Notes: generated by a model from the letters alone, not told the origin. A stretch of DNA of 64,000 nt from Okamejei kenojei (GCA_035221665.1 CM069157.1:18042001-18106000); one strand, 5' to 3'. Positions 25,501 to 40,500 are shown, counted from the stretch's first letter. Program-made: numbers and translations.

Positions 25501-28500
25501 CAGGTGTGGATTTGTCAATGACCACTGTCCGTAGAAGACTTCATGAACAGAAATAAAGAGGCTACACTGCAAGATGCAAACCATGAGTTGTCTCCAAAAA
25601 TAGGATGGCCGGGTTACAGTTTGCCAAGAAGTACTTAATAGAGCAACCACAGTTCTGGATAAAGGTCTTGTGGACAGATGAGATGAAGATTAACTTATAT
25701 CAGAGTGATGGCAAGAACAAAGTATGGAGGAGAGAAGGGGACCAGCCCCCAAAACAAGCATAAGCTAAAGATGGCTGCAATACATGACTGGAAGAGCATC
25801 ACCAGAGAAGGCACCCAGCAACGGGCGATGTCCATGAATCGCAGACTTCAAGCAGTCATTGCATGCAAAGGGTATGCAACAACATACTAAACATGACAAC
25901 TTTCATTTACAGGACATTGCTGTGTCCCAAACATTATGGTGCCCTGAAATGGGGGGACTATGTATAAAGTCCTGTAATTCTGTAATTCCTGTAATGCTGT
26001 AATTTCTACATGGTGAAACCAAAATGTATAAAAATGGCCTTTATTAAGATCTGACAATGTGCACTTTAACCACATGTGATTATTTTTCTATTACAAATCT
26101 CAAATTGTGGAGAACAGAGGCAAATAAATAAATTATGGGTCTTTGTCCCAAACATTGTCGAGGGCACAGTATTTGATTAAATGGTTGAATAAAATTTACA
26201 TGACCAGCACATTTTTCTTTGTTCTTTTGCGTAGATATTATGACGAGGATTTTCTTCCAATGATTCAAATCATGTCAACTGTCTCAATTTTTTAACAGGT
26301 TAATTCCACAGCTGGGCACAAAGTGCTAGAGTAACTAATCTGTTGATGTTAATTTTCCAAAATTGATTTGGAGCAGATTGGAAAAGATAAATGCAATCTG
26401 ATTTTTTAAAACATTTTTTAAAAGGGATGGAAACCAAAAGCAGAAATGACAAACCATTTAACTTAACACATGTTTCAGAGCAAACATAAGAAGTTTTTTA
26501 TTAAAACGTCATAACAGGATGTTGAATAAATTCAAGAAGATAAGCTATAGTCAACATGATTTTGTGAAAGGAGAATCATGTTTGACCAAGTTACTGGAGC
26601 TCTTTCAAGTAAAGTCCTTCCTCAAAGGTTACCACAGTTAATCTAAGCTCATGGAATAGGAGATATCAGGCAACTGTTCCCAACTGTTATCAGGCAACTT
26701 GTCTTGCACTAAATGTTGCCCACTTAATCATTTATCTGCACACTTTGGACATAATCATGTATAGTAATTTCTTTGTCTGGGTAGCATGCAACAAAAAGAT
26801 TTTCAATGTACATTGGTAGATGTGATAACAATAAACTAAACTAAACCTATGGTCGAATATTGGTTAGCGGAGAAGAAAGGATAGGCATGAATGGGTCTTT
26901 TTCTGTCAAGCAAAATGTGAGCATGGGGTGCATGGATTGGATTTGGTGCTGGGGCCTCAACGTTTTAAGTATTTATATAAATGCTGTGAATGAAGGCACT
27001 GATCGTAGGGATGCAGAATGTACCAATGACAAAAACAGGTAGAAAACTAAGTTGTGAGGAAGACACAAATAAATATAAGCTAAAGAAAGACACTAAGTGC
27101 TGGAGTAACTCAGCAGATCGCGCAGCGCCAGACATGCTGCCTGACCCGCTGAGTTACTCCAGCACTTTGTGTCTTTATTTTGCACGTCAGCTTCTGGTCC
27201 CTTGCATTTCAAAGGGAATTAAGCGAGTGCATGGGTAAAGATCTGGCATATCGAGTATGTGGGAAAATGTTAATGTCCTTTAAAAAAAAAAAAGCACATT
27301 GTCTACTCAGTGAGAGACCCCACAGCTCAGATGCAGAGGGATCTGGATGTCCTTGTGCACAATTTGCAAAATGTTAATATGCAGATTCTGCACCCAATTA
27401 GGCACATAAACAATGTCATCATTTATTGGAAAATATCCTGAGGAGGAATAATCGACTCTTGAAATAGGTCAAAGAACATAAGACAAAGGATATTTATTGT
27501 CACATAATAAATGTCCTTTGTCCTTTGACCTATTTCAAGAGTAGATTATATACTGAGGGGGCGCCGTCGAGTATGGCTGCCCAGCCTGACGCTGTCTGAA
27601 ATAGATAAGGACTGATCTGGGATCATCAGCACAAATTTGATGGTGGGAGTTCCTGCCTGTATAATTTCACTAGATTTATTTTAAAGAGTAACTAAATATA
27701 AGGACAATGTGGTTTACATGGACGTCAGTGAGGCCTTTGATCAAGTCTCAGTACTCCGCCAGTTTCGCCACCGCCAACGTGACCCCTCCACTCGCCACAT
27801 CTTCCCATCTCCCCCCCGTCTGCCTTCCGCAAAGACCGCTCCCTCCGCAACTCCCTTGTCAATTCTTCCCTTCCCTCCCGCTCCACCCCTTCCCCGGGCA
27901 TTTTCCCTTGCAACCGCAAGAGATGCTACACTTGTCCCTTCACCTCCCCCCTCCACTCCTTTCAGGGACCCAAGCAGTCCTTCCAGGTCCGACAGAGGTT
28001 CACCTGCACCTCCTCCAACCTCATCTACTGCATCCGCTGCTCCAGATGCCAGCTGATCTATATCGGTGAGACCAAGCGGAGGCTTGGCGATCGTTTCGCC
28101 GAACACCTTCGCTCGGTCCGCAATATCCAACCCGACCTCCCGGTGGCTCAGCACTTCAACTCCCCCTCCCATTCCGTGTCCGACCTCTCGTTCCTGGGCC
28201 TCCTCCACGGCCAGAGTGAGCAACACCGCAAGTTGGAGGACAGCACCTCATATTCCGCTTGGGGAGTCTGCATCCTCTGGGCTTGAACATTGAACTTTCT
28301 CAATTCTGTTAACCCTTGCTGTCTCCTCCCCGAAACGTCGCCTATCTCCTTCGTTCCTTAGATGCTGCTGCACCCGCTGAGTTTCTCCAGCCTTTTGTGT
28401 ACCCTCGATTTTCCAGCATCTGCAGTTCCTTCTTTAACTCTCAAATGGAAGGCAGGTCCAAAAATGTACAGCCCATGAGAAACAAGCCAAGGTGCAAATT

Positions 28501-31500
28501 GGATCCAGTGTAAGCTTTAATATTAAGAGAACAATGTTTCATAGAGATTAGTGCTGAGACCCTTGCTGTTTGCTGTATACATTAATGACTTGGATGTGAA
28601 TGGTCCTGGATGTGCTCCTATAATCGTGTCCCCCGTCCCCTTCTACCTATACCATATAACCATATAACCATATAACAATTACAGCACGGAAACAGGCCCT
28701 CTCGGCCCTTCCAGTCCGTGCCGACCATTTGTTTTCCCCTAGTCCCATCTACCTGCACTCAGACCATACCCCTCCATTCCCATCACGTCCATATACCTAT
28801 CCACTTTACTCTTAAATGTTAAAATCGATCCTGCCTCCACCACTTCTGCTGGAAGCTCATTCCACACAGCCACCACCCTCTGAGTAGAGAAGTTCCCCCT
28901 CACGTTCCCCCGAAACTTCTGTCCCTTAATTCTCATGTCATGCCCTCGTTTGAATCTTCCCTACCCTCAATGGGAAAAACGTATCCACGTCAACTCTGTC
29001 TATCCCTTTCATCATTTTAAAGACCTCAATCAAGTCCCCCCTTAACCTTCTGCGCTCCAAAGAATAAAGACCTAACTTGTTCAACCTTTCTCTGTAACAT
29101 AGTTGCTGGAACCCTGGCAACATTCTAGTAAATCTCCTCTGTACTCTCTCTATTTTGTTGACATCCTTCCTATAACTAGGCGACCAAAATTGTACACCAT
29201 ACTCCAGAATTGGTCTTACCAATGCCTTGTACAATTTTAACATTACTTCCCTACTCCTATATTCAATGCTCTGATTTATAAAGGCCAGCACACCAAAGGC
29301 TTTCTTTACCACCCTATCTACATGCGATTCCACCTTCAGGGAACTATGCACAGTTATTCCTAGATCTCTCTGTTCCACAGCATTCCTCAATTCCCTACCA
29401 TTTACCATGTACTTCCTATTTTGATTTGTCCTGCCAAGATGTAGCACTTCACACTTAACAACATTAAACCCCATCTGCCATCTTTCAGCCCACTTTTCCA
29501 AATGGCCCAAATCTCTCTGTAGACTTTGAAAATCTACTTCATTATCCACAACACCACCTATCTTAGTATCATCTGCATACTTACTTATCCAATTTTCCAC
29601 CCCATCATCCAGATCATTGATGTACATGACAAACAACAGTGGACCCAACACAGATCCCTGAGGCACCCCACTGGTCACCGGCTTCCAACCTGACAAACAG
29701 CCATCCACCATTACTCTGTGACATCTCCCATTCAGCCACTGTTGAATCCATCTTGCTACTCCGCCATTAACACCCAAAGATTGAACCTTCTTAACCAACC
29801 TTCCATGGGGAACCTTGTCAAAGGCCTTACTGAAATTATAGACAAGCTTTAAGGTTTGTCAAACATGACCTTCCAGGCACAAATCCATGTTGACTGTTCC
29901 TGATCAGACCCTGTTTATCCAGATGCTTATATATATATATTATTTCTAAGTATCCTTTCCATTAATTTGCCCACCACTGACGTCAAACTAATAGGTCTAT
30001 AATTGCTAGGTTTATTCTTTGAACCCTTTTTAAACAATGGAACAACATGTGCAGTATGCCAATCCTCCGGCACTATTCCCGTTACTAATGACATTTGAAA
30101 TATTTCTGTCATAGCTCCTGCTATTTCTACACTAACTTCCCTCAAAGTCCTAGGGAATATCCTGTCAGGACCTGGAGACTTATCCACTTTTATATTTTTC
30201 AAAAGTGTCAGTACTTCCTCCTCTTTGAATCTCATAGTTTCCATAGCTACTCTACTTTTTCCCCTTAACTCACAGAGTTCAATATCCTTCTCCTTGGTGA
30301 ATACCCCTCCACTGGCTTCACATTTCATGCTTCCTCTCTCCTTACCTCGTAGCCATTTGTCAGCTACCACTTGCCTGGCTCTATGCTGCCTCCACCTCTC
30401 TTCCAGCTTTGACCCCCCACTACAATCTGTCAAGAATGGTCCATTGTTGAAACAAAGCCTGTTCATGTCCAGAGATGCTGCCTGACCAGCTGAGTTACAC
30501 CAGCACTTTGTAAACCAGCATCTGCACTCCCTTATGTTCTAAATAAGTAGATAAAACCTCTGTAAAGGCAGATGCCATTTTATAATGCAAATGATAATCA
30601 TGTGCAAAAAAAAAAAAAATGCATGCGTTCACTTTTTTTTCTTCTGGTCAAACTATAGATTGCCGTTTCCTGCATGCGCATCACTAATTGAATGATTGAG
30701 TAAAACGGTAAATGGGATTACTCCATTTATGTTAATATTGAAAACTTTATTGTTCGGCTTTCTTCCACTGATGAAATGATGATGAGCAGTCATCAGACAG
30801 TAATGAAGCCGTTTCACAGACTGTGTTTCAGTTCATGGCTAAATGAGCCAATTTTGCAAAGAAGAGACTGTCACATGTGCCACCATGTAAAGGGTCATCT
30901 ATAATTCTGTGGTCTTACTTATGGCACTGGCATCAAATATAGAGCTGTCAAAATCAATGGTGATTATCATAATGGCACCAATGCTGAAAACATATTTTAC
31001 TGGGCAGAAAAATCAAGGAAAACAATAGAAATTCCATTACAAGAATTATTATCCACATTTATGTAAAAGCACGATCTCAACAGGAATTTCAACTGATTCT
31101 CTCTCATTTTCCATATCTTTTTCCATACCATTTTCCAATATATAATTAAGAGGGAACAGATATTTTCCAATCCCAGCTGTGTTATTTTAGTGATGTATTG
31201 TCAGGGTATCAACTGATGATTTAACATGAATACATAATAAAAAAAACACCAACCTGTTTCCATGTTTGGCAAGAAAAATCTGTGTCGTTTTGATTGCCTC
31301 TGCTACATGATCTTTCTTGGCATTGAGTTCTTCAGTGATTACCTACAACATTAATAAATATTTTGAGGCTCCATTTCTGCGCTTTGTTGACTTTCTTCCA
31401 CTTATAGCCATGTCTTCCAATGAAGTTGTTAACTTAGCACAGATGTGGCTACATAGTTTGTAGAACATGCACTAATCTTCGTAGAAATTGCTTGCATATG

Positions 31501-34500
31501 CTCGCTCAACACAGGTAAATATACTTCACATGTCAATTTACTTATATGCATCATGGCTCAGAAAACAAGAAAATCTCCTATCAAAATAGGAGATTTCCTA
31601 TTTGTCATCTTACAATTTTCACTCTTTTCATCTTACAATTTTAATGAAAAGTACATAGGTCATAGAATATACGTAAATGTTGCATAAATAAATATATTTG
31701 GCGAGAAGACAATAAAAAAAGTAAAATTGGTGTATCAATTTGGTTTATCGTTATCAGAAAAGGTTTTAGGTTTTTTCTTTGACAGAACAATATGCTAACT
31801 ATGTCAAATTAACAATAAAAATGCAAAACTGCATATGCCTGGAATCAGTTTAAAAAGTAGTATTTTTTTTAAACACTAGAAACAAAACAAAGTATTTACT
31901 TAACTTTGAGGGCAAAGGAACAACAATAAAGCTAAATATGAAGATAACTGAAAATAGCCTGGATTTAGGAGGGAAACGCTGCCAGTTTTGCATGGAATGC
32001 TGACATTTATTTGTGCAGGTGCCAATGTTCAGTAGTCCCGAGTGATCAAGGAAGTCCCAAAATTACAGGCCAGCAACTTTCCTGGCCGCAAGGCAGGAAT
32101 GTTGATGAGGTCCAATGGCAGAGTTCCACCTTGCTGAGATTCTCCAGTCATGCTATTTTGTTGATCTGAAATGCTAATTCCGTTTCATTCTTCACAGATA
32201 CTGCCTAAGTTGCTGATCATTTACAATAATCTATTCTTATTCCATATTTCCAACACTTGCCGTTATTTATTTTTAATTTCATTTTCTCTTTTATCTCTAC
32301 CTCTCCTGTCATCTCTGACCTCAATCATTCTTCTCATATAAACCAGTAATTTACTTGCACTATTTTCACTTCAGTGTTTTAAATTCGCTGCCTAAAAAAT
32401 GTTACACATGGGGATTGGAATGTTTCAGTTCAGATCAGGAGCATGGCCATGTGTTCCAGTCACTGGTCATTGTAATTATCGCTCTTCCTGACTTCCTTGT
32501 TCTTGACCCCCTACATTGTTCCAAATAAGCTTAACAGTAACCTATAACTAACTGAGCCTTAACCTCAACTGAAATCTTCTACAGCCTTCCAGATTGAACA
32601 CAAAATTAAAATATCTCAGTCAATCCAGCATTTTAATTCCAATTCCTTTTACATGTATTCAGTAACTTATTATTGCACATTTACACCTCCTATAGATTTT
32701 TAAATCGGTGCTTTCGCGTCCGTCCATTTGAATCTTTACTATCCCCCATCCGATCGCAGACTTCTTCCCCTCTCCTTCCCCTGTCCTTTTTGTGCATCTT
32801 AAAATCTGACCTCCAAGCATTGCCAGTTCTGGTGACAGGCAAGCAGTTTTTGACATGTTGAAAACTGTTTTTAAGCTGCATGTAAAATATTACACACGGA
32901 GAAATAAAATAATAAGCAATAAGCATTTTCTGGTTTGCACTTTTAGTTTGCACTATGTGAAATATTTTGCAAAGATGACATTGAGGAAAAAAAAATTCCT
33001 TGCAATGCTTGATACACAAAATCAAAGGTGCAATTGATTCCCAAAACCTTTCAGTTTCAATGTTTATGGGTTGGCAGCCAGTGAGGGGAGAAATGGGAAC
33101 ATAATTCTGATAAAAATTCTCCATTTGAAATATTAGCTTGCCTTTACCCTACCTGGATTGGTTATGCATTTGAAGGATTATCTGTTGTAAAGGCCAGCTT
33201 TTCATCACATGCAGTTTTACTTTTTCTCTCGATAATTCACGTGGCCAGACATAGGTGTGTGCGTACCTGCTGCTCACTGAACGACTGCTCAATGGTTTCC
33301 AGGCCCGCTGCTTCTGGTAAAACATTCTTATTTTTTCGGATCTGATCCGCGTTCAAAACCCAGCATAAGAGTTCCTTCATTTTTTCAACATGTTCCTGCT
33401 TTTCCTCCTCGACAATTTTCTAAACTCAGCAATATAAAGAAAAATATGCATTGCTGAAAAGGATGATTAAACATACTCAGTTCAACTAGTTAAATGCAAC
33501 AGAATACATGCTCGAACAGAGAAATCTCCCAGGGTTCTGGGGTGTGGGCAGGGTGATGAAACTTTGTGGGTAGCCTTTAAGCAAGCTGGGTCAAGTGGTA
33601 ACATCTGGATTGCAATTCCACAATTTACATTGTGATTGTGCCACTGTGTTACTTCATCTCTTTTGTAATTTTGCAGATCCCAGACAATGGATCGAAAAAT
33701 GCAATGGGCTGTAATCCTTACTCCAAGTGATATGAAAGTAACATACAAATGTTGCATATTTGTTGTCATTGAAAATCAAAACTTTCTAAAGTTCTCACTG
33801 AACTTGAAATATCCGTGCATTTTCTGAATCATATCTCCCCTTTCTGCTAATGGTCTTGTAAACTGCACAGGACATCAATTCGGCAGATCAGATGTGACAC
33901 TCACTTTGGGAGTTGTGATTGAGGCCCTTCACCCATCAATCGCCTGCCCTCCCAAAAGAGAATCTATCCATTTCATTGTCCATGTTCATAGTTCTATGAC
34001 TCAAACTAGTTCAAAAACAATGAGACTTACACACACACACACAAGGACACACACACACTTCCAATGTATGTGTTAAACAGTCAATGCCTTTGTTTGGAAT
34101 CAAAAAGCTCTTTGGATATATTTCCTAACTGCATCAATATAGTTTCTATAATTAATTTATAAAGAGATAGTTTTAGCCTACTTCAAATACACTAGTGTCC
34201 AAGTCTGTTTAAATCCTTTTAAAAAAATCTTTCCTAATTTCTTAGCCCACTTACCTCCTCTTCTTCCAGCCGCCTCAAAGCATCACTGATGTACTTCACA
34301 TGTTGAGTTGTTAGAGTCACCAGTGCAGTGTATTGTGTTCTGAGATCCATGAACTATAGAAAGGATAAGAAGCTACTAAATATTGACAAAACGTGAAAAC
34401 GTGCAATTAAGTTTACAATGTAGGTGTCTGAAACAAAAAAGATCCTTGGTGATGTTGAACAAACTTCTCTCACCTCTTGGGTTATGACATCCGATGATGA

Positions 34501-37500
34501 ATGCATTCTACGGCGCTTCACGGGTGACTTTTGGTGAGATTCAACAAAGGCTCTGTAGGTCATCAACTGCAGTTCGTAATCCTAGGCAAGTCAAATGAAG
34601 CAGTTTTAAATCCTGTTGCTTTTCAGAAGAAAACCACTTCACTTTGTTTAAACATTTGAACCAATAAATGTGAAGGCTTACCTTCACAGCCGCAGAGTAC
34701 TGTTTAGACAGACTCTGGCATTCATCAAGTTTGATTTGATTATTTTCTATTTCAGCAACCAGAGCCTAAACAGAAATAAACACATTGAAATTAAGGGAAT
34801 GCCTCCTTTGCATGATTCACCATTCCTGGACCATTCTTAGTTTTGTGCAATATATATGCAACAGCAAGGATGGATCTGAAGGCATGTAAACATGAGTGCA
34901 AGGTGAAACACAAATAAGCACCACAGAAACATTACTGTGTAATCTCTCGGTCGTGCTTTATTTAAATATGGCATTTTATTTTAAACAGCCACTTCAGGCA
35001 CCAAAAATAGGCACAGAATGCTGCAGTAACTGAGCAGGTCAGGAGTAAAGGAATAGGTGACGTTTCGGGTCGAGACCTTTCTTCAGACTGAAGATTCTGG
35101 GGTCTGAAGAAAGGTCTCAACCCAAAACATCACCTATTCCTTTTGTTCAGTTGAGTTACTCCAGCATTTTGTGTTCTATCTTCTGTGTAAACCAGCATCT
35201 GCAGTTCCATCCTACATTTCAGGCATATCCTTGTTGCAGTGGATACATCAAGTAGATGAGATATTTCCTACCATTTGTTGACTCAGCTGTTCAGAGAGGA
35301 TCTTTGTATCTTCTGCCTTCCCTGGCTCCATCTTCCCTTGCTCTGCAGTGGTTTCCTCAATCCAATCTATTAGTGACTGATGGCAGCCCTTATAATTCTT
35401 CAGCAATGCTTCGATGGTCGCCAATTCTGACTCTCTGTATGGTGTAGCAAGAGCAGAGTGAAGTGACTTAGGATGGAGTAATAGTCAACTCTCCTACTCT
35501 TCATTGTTCATTATAGGGGAAGGATAATGGCAGGGCACTAAAGAATATTAATGGACCACAGGGTCTCTCTGTCCAAGGCCATTGCTCTCTGAATCTGGCA
35601 GCACAGGTCAAATGGGTAACACAGATCAAATGGGTGGCAAAGGTAGCCTATAGCATTCTTAGCTCAGAGGTCAGAAAACAAGTCCAACCTTTGAAGGCAA
35701 CTTTACAAAACATGGGTTAAACTGTACTCTGGAGTGTTATGTGCAATTGTGTTTCATGCTGCCTAACCCGCTGAGTTATTCCAGCACTTGTGCTCTTTTT
35801 GTAAACCAGCATCTGCAGTTCTTCATTTCTAAAAATTAGAGAAGTTTTTGCATAAAACTGCAACATACTTTTGGTCATCCTTGAAAAGAAAGACGTTGTT
35901 AAGCTGGAAAGAGTGCAGGGAACATTTACGAGGATGTTGCCAGGACCCGAGGGCCTGAACTATCGGGAGAGGTTGGGCAGGTTAGGACTTTATTCCTTGG
36001 AGCGCAGGAGGATTAAGGGTGATCTTATAGAGGTGGATAAGATCAGGAGGGGAATAATGACATAAATGCACAGTCTTTTCCCCAGAATTGGGGAATCAAG
36101 AACCAGAGGACATAGGTTTAAGGTGAGAGGAAAAGAGTTAATAGGAATCTGAGGGTGCTACGTTTTTTTCACAGAGGGTGGTGGGTGTATGACATGAGCT
36201 GCCAGCGGAGAGAAGTGATGCAGGTACTATAACAACATTTAAAAGACATTTGGATTGGAACATGGATAAGAATGATTTAGGGGGATATGGGCCAAATGTG
36301 GGAAGCTGGGACGAGTGTAGATGGGGCATCTTGGTCACCATGGGCAAGGGGCCTGTTTCCATGCAGTGTGACGCTGTGATTTGTAGGATTATGTTAAGTA
36401 GTTCTGACATTGCTTGTGATAATGTGATGAACTATGTGTAGAGATGAGCTTGCAGCATGAAAGCACTAACTGGCTGTCAGATAGACATCATTGTGAGAAG
36501 CTCCCTCACCTATTAAGTCAGAAAACTAAAATAGCACAAAATAATCTTCATAGGATATTGACATTAGCTTTAACACTGCTGAGAAATCATGTAAAAGGCC
36601 ACTGCTTGTTGTGCAATCTACTTCCAAGCTTCAAACCATTAAGTTCGAAAATTGGGCAGATTTGGAAGTCATTAATGGGAATGCAAATAGGAAAAGGGTT
36701 GGAAGTGGTCATTCCAGAGTGTTAACTTTGATAATAAAAAGTCAGAATGCAAGATCATGTAAGATACTTGGTTACAATACAGTTAAGATATGCAGGGGAA
36801 CTGTGCTTGCCACCAAATAGTAGAAAAGTATTCTGGTATTCAGGTTCAACAAAATGACCTTTGGAAAAGTAGAAACTTAGTAAAAAGGGAAAAAAGTAAG
36901 AAATCAATGTAGAAACGTTTTAACGCACATTCCCTTTGAAGGGCTCGGTTTAATTTGTTCATTCTGTTATCAGGAATTCAAGCACATCTTTTAACATGCA
37001 CTCTGCATCCTAATCAAATGACTGGTAAATTATTTTTTCAACATGGAAAGCAGCAAACTGAGATAAACCAATAGCTTTCCATAAGAGGCCTTGAAGATGA
37101 ATTGCCAAATAGAGATAAATTCAGCAACTCAGGGAAAATAATGCCTGAATATATTTTTTAAATCACGATTTCCTCAAAGCGAAAAATGAAAAATTCTCAT
37201 GGAAAAAAAAATGGAATCGACAAACATGGGAAAATGAAATGGGTTTATCTATAACGAAGGAAATTTGGGAAGAAAGCCTACAATGTATACATCGTTGCTC
37301 ATTAAATGCTAGACATATATTGATACAATTTAAGGTATTACACAGATTACATTATTCAAAAGCGAAATTAAATAGAATTTATTCTAACACTTCTCCTATT
37401 TGTGATAAATGTCAGAACTTGGAAGCTAATTTAACGCATAGTTTTGTAACATGCATAAAACTTAATTATTATTGGATAGAAATCTTTAGAGTTATCTCTG

Positions 37501-40500
37501 AAGTTCTTAAAATTAAACTAGACCCAGATCCAAAATTAATAATATTAGGAGTTCCGGATTCAAATCTAATATTAACAGTAAACCAAAGAAATTTCTTGGA
37601 TTACTGTTTGATAATAGGGAAAAAAATTAATATTGAAATTTTGGAAGGGAACATTATCCCCCACAATTAAAATGTGGACAGTGGAAATGTTGGAGACGTT
37701 GCATTTGGAAAGAATCAGATTTGTCCCAATGGACAAATACGAACTCTTTGAACAGATATGGTCTCCATATACAGAATATTTGAAGGGGTAGCTGTTCTTG
37801 GCATCACAACTCAATGGGTACCCGGCAGGATTAGATGAAAACAACTCTCTGTTTTTCTTTTTGATTTGTATACATGTCTCCATTAATATCGTTATTTGAA
37901 ATTGTGTTATTCACTATTAAGATGTTTAGTATAATCTCTTTTTTTCTATATAATGCTTTATTTTAATTAAATACATATAACAAGAATATATACATATATA
38001 TATATATTTTTTTCTCCTCTCTTTTCTCTTTCTCTTTCTTTATAATCAAAATTATTATTTAATCACCATTCTTATTGATTAAAATCTATTCTTTTCTTTT
38101 TCTACTTCCAAAAAAATAGACGTTTATAAGAACTATTCGTAACATTCGTATACTTACTGTAATAAGTTGATTGTGTATTTGAAAAGTTGTAATACCGTTG
38201 TTATGATGGATTCCTTTTAATAAAAATATTATTACAAAAAGAAAAAAAATGGAATCAAGAGGATGACTGACCTGGTCTCGATCTGTGTTTGGATGTTTCG
38301 CCATCGGTCTTTCAGCTGTACCGCTTTCTCTTGATGTCGTTCCAAATCCAAGCTGCGCTCATTGTGTAGCTCAAAGAGATGTTTGCAAACCGCCTGCGCT
38401 CGTTGCATTTCCTCTTCCAAAGAGGAAAACACTTGCTGCTTATCCTTCACATCGCCAAGCCATTGCTGCAAGTAGCAGAAGTTACTGGTTCATTTGTAGT
38501 CTACATTTTAAATATCAATTAAAAAAAAGTATATACACTGTTGTTATCCTCATTTGGGCCTCCATAATAAGCTCAGAAGCAATGGTCAGTAGTGGATAAA
38601 ATGTATGAATAATCTTACATGCTTAAAATAATGATGCTCACATGTATTGGATAGTGTATTTATAAACATCTATTTTGACAAAAGTGTCCATTTCACCAGC
38701 TCTCAAACTGTGATCACCTATCATCAACCTGACTGTATGAACCTTGCTCTTGAGACAACATCTATCCATACCCAATGGGTCACTGTCCAATATACCTTCT
38801 TAATCTCTGCAAATGCTCTTTTATACAAAAAGGAACACGCAAGTCAGGGGTACAGAGTAGGCCACAGCTCCTCAAGTATGTTCTGCTCTTTAACGTCATG
38901 GTATTTTGATTATAAATACGAATTTGCATTTCTGCCCACTCACCCAACTTTTCACCCCTTGAGAATCAAGTCTCCATCTATTTCCACCTTACAAATATTC
39001 AAAAACTTTGCTTCCGACATCCTCTGAGAAAGAGTGTTCAAATTAATATTCCCCTTATCTGCCATTCTTGATTTGTAAGCACTGAACCAGGTTTTTGATT
39101 TGTCTACATGAGGAAACACCCTCTCCGTATCTACTTTGTTAATGTCCCTCAGGTTCTTATATTTCAATCGTCCAAGCTCGCTCTTCTAAACTCCATTCTA
39201 GTTTGACCAACCTTTCCACGCAAGACAACCTGTCCAATCCAGATATTATTACAGCAAGTCTTCTCTGAACTACTTCCAGCACATTCATTACTATAAACAT
39301 ATTTCAGATATTATCTCGTCAGTAAGGGGCGGGGCAACGTGCCTCAGTACATAACGGTGAACCACAAGATGCTGGGGGCTGCTGAAGCCATGTATTATAA
39401 TAGAGATAGGAAAAGAATTCGGGGTTGGCAGGTATGCAGTAATTGACATAACTGAACCAAACTGGGGGCTGAACAATTATAATAGGACGGGCATCATCAT
39501 CCAATCCAGTCCAGTCAAATATCTAGTGTACTTGTCTGTGAAAGTTACAGATCCATGTAACATTGACCACCACCCAGTCTCATTGCATCTCTTCTGTTCT
39601 TAACTGTTCATTGTTTATACAGCACTGATCTATACTTCTCAAGTTCAAAGTCGTTGGCCACAATCCACTTGCCACAGCATTTCTTCTCATTATCAGAGAT
39701 TACAATGCCGCTCAAGAATGTTTACTGGCGAACTTGAGAATGCAGTTTCGTTTTCCAACATCTAGACTGTTGGTATGGTGAATAATAGAAGTTCCAATAC
39801 AAATCCGTATGAAATGGCACAAGTCACTTGTTTACGGCACTGCCGAGTTATCTCCTAGCACCTCATCTCTTCAGCTTTAACTATTAGTTTTCTCATCAGG
39901 TAGCTTAAGGTCTTCTGATAACTTAAACAAACAAGACTCTTTGATATTCTCCTGTACTCCGTTTGAAATATTTCTAAAATTACTGAAGACAATATCATAT
40001 TCTGCTCATATCTGCTCTACCAAATATGTCCAGGTAAGTTCCTGATGTCTTTTTCCTTTTTAATCGCATCTGCATCCAACTCCATAACATCACCAGCCCC
40101 CATCTCCGCCTGAATTCTTCCAGCTGATAACCTGAACCATGTTTTGTCACCTCCAAATAATCTATTTCAGTGCTCATTGATAAGTCTTATTCCTTCCATT
40201 CCCCCAAAGCATAGGTACAGAACAAACATTGCTACCCGTGTTCTAGCCCATAAAGTCCCGTAGTCTTACTGCATTTATGTTTGCAGTCTGCACCAGCTTG
40301 TTTTTAAAATAATACTACTGCAATTCCCCCATGGTCTTGCTGTGTCCTCCTTTCAACTCTACCCTGAATCCATGACAACATCCGCACCTCCTAAAAACCT
40401 ACCGCTCAAATTTCCCCTGCCGAAACCTGTTTACACATCTTCAAACTAAAGCCCTCAGTCTTCCTTTCACCAACAGCATTGAGATCTTTTACAGGTTCAC

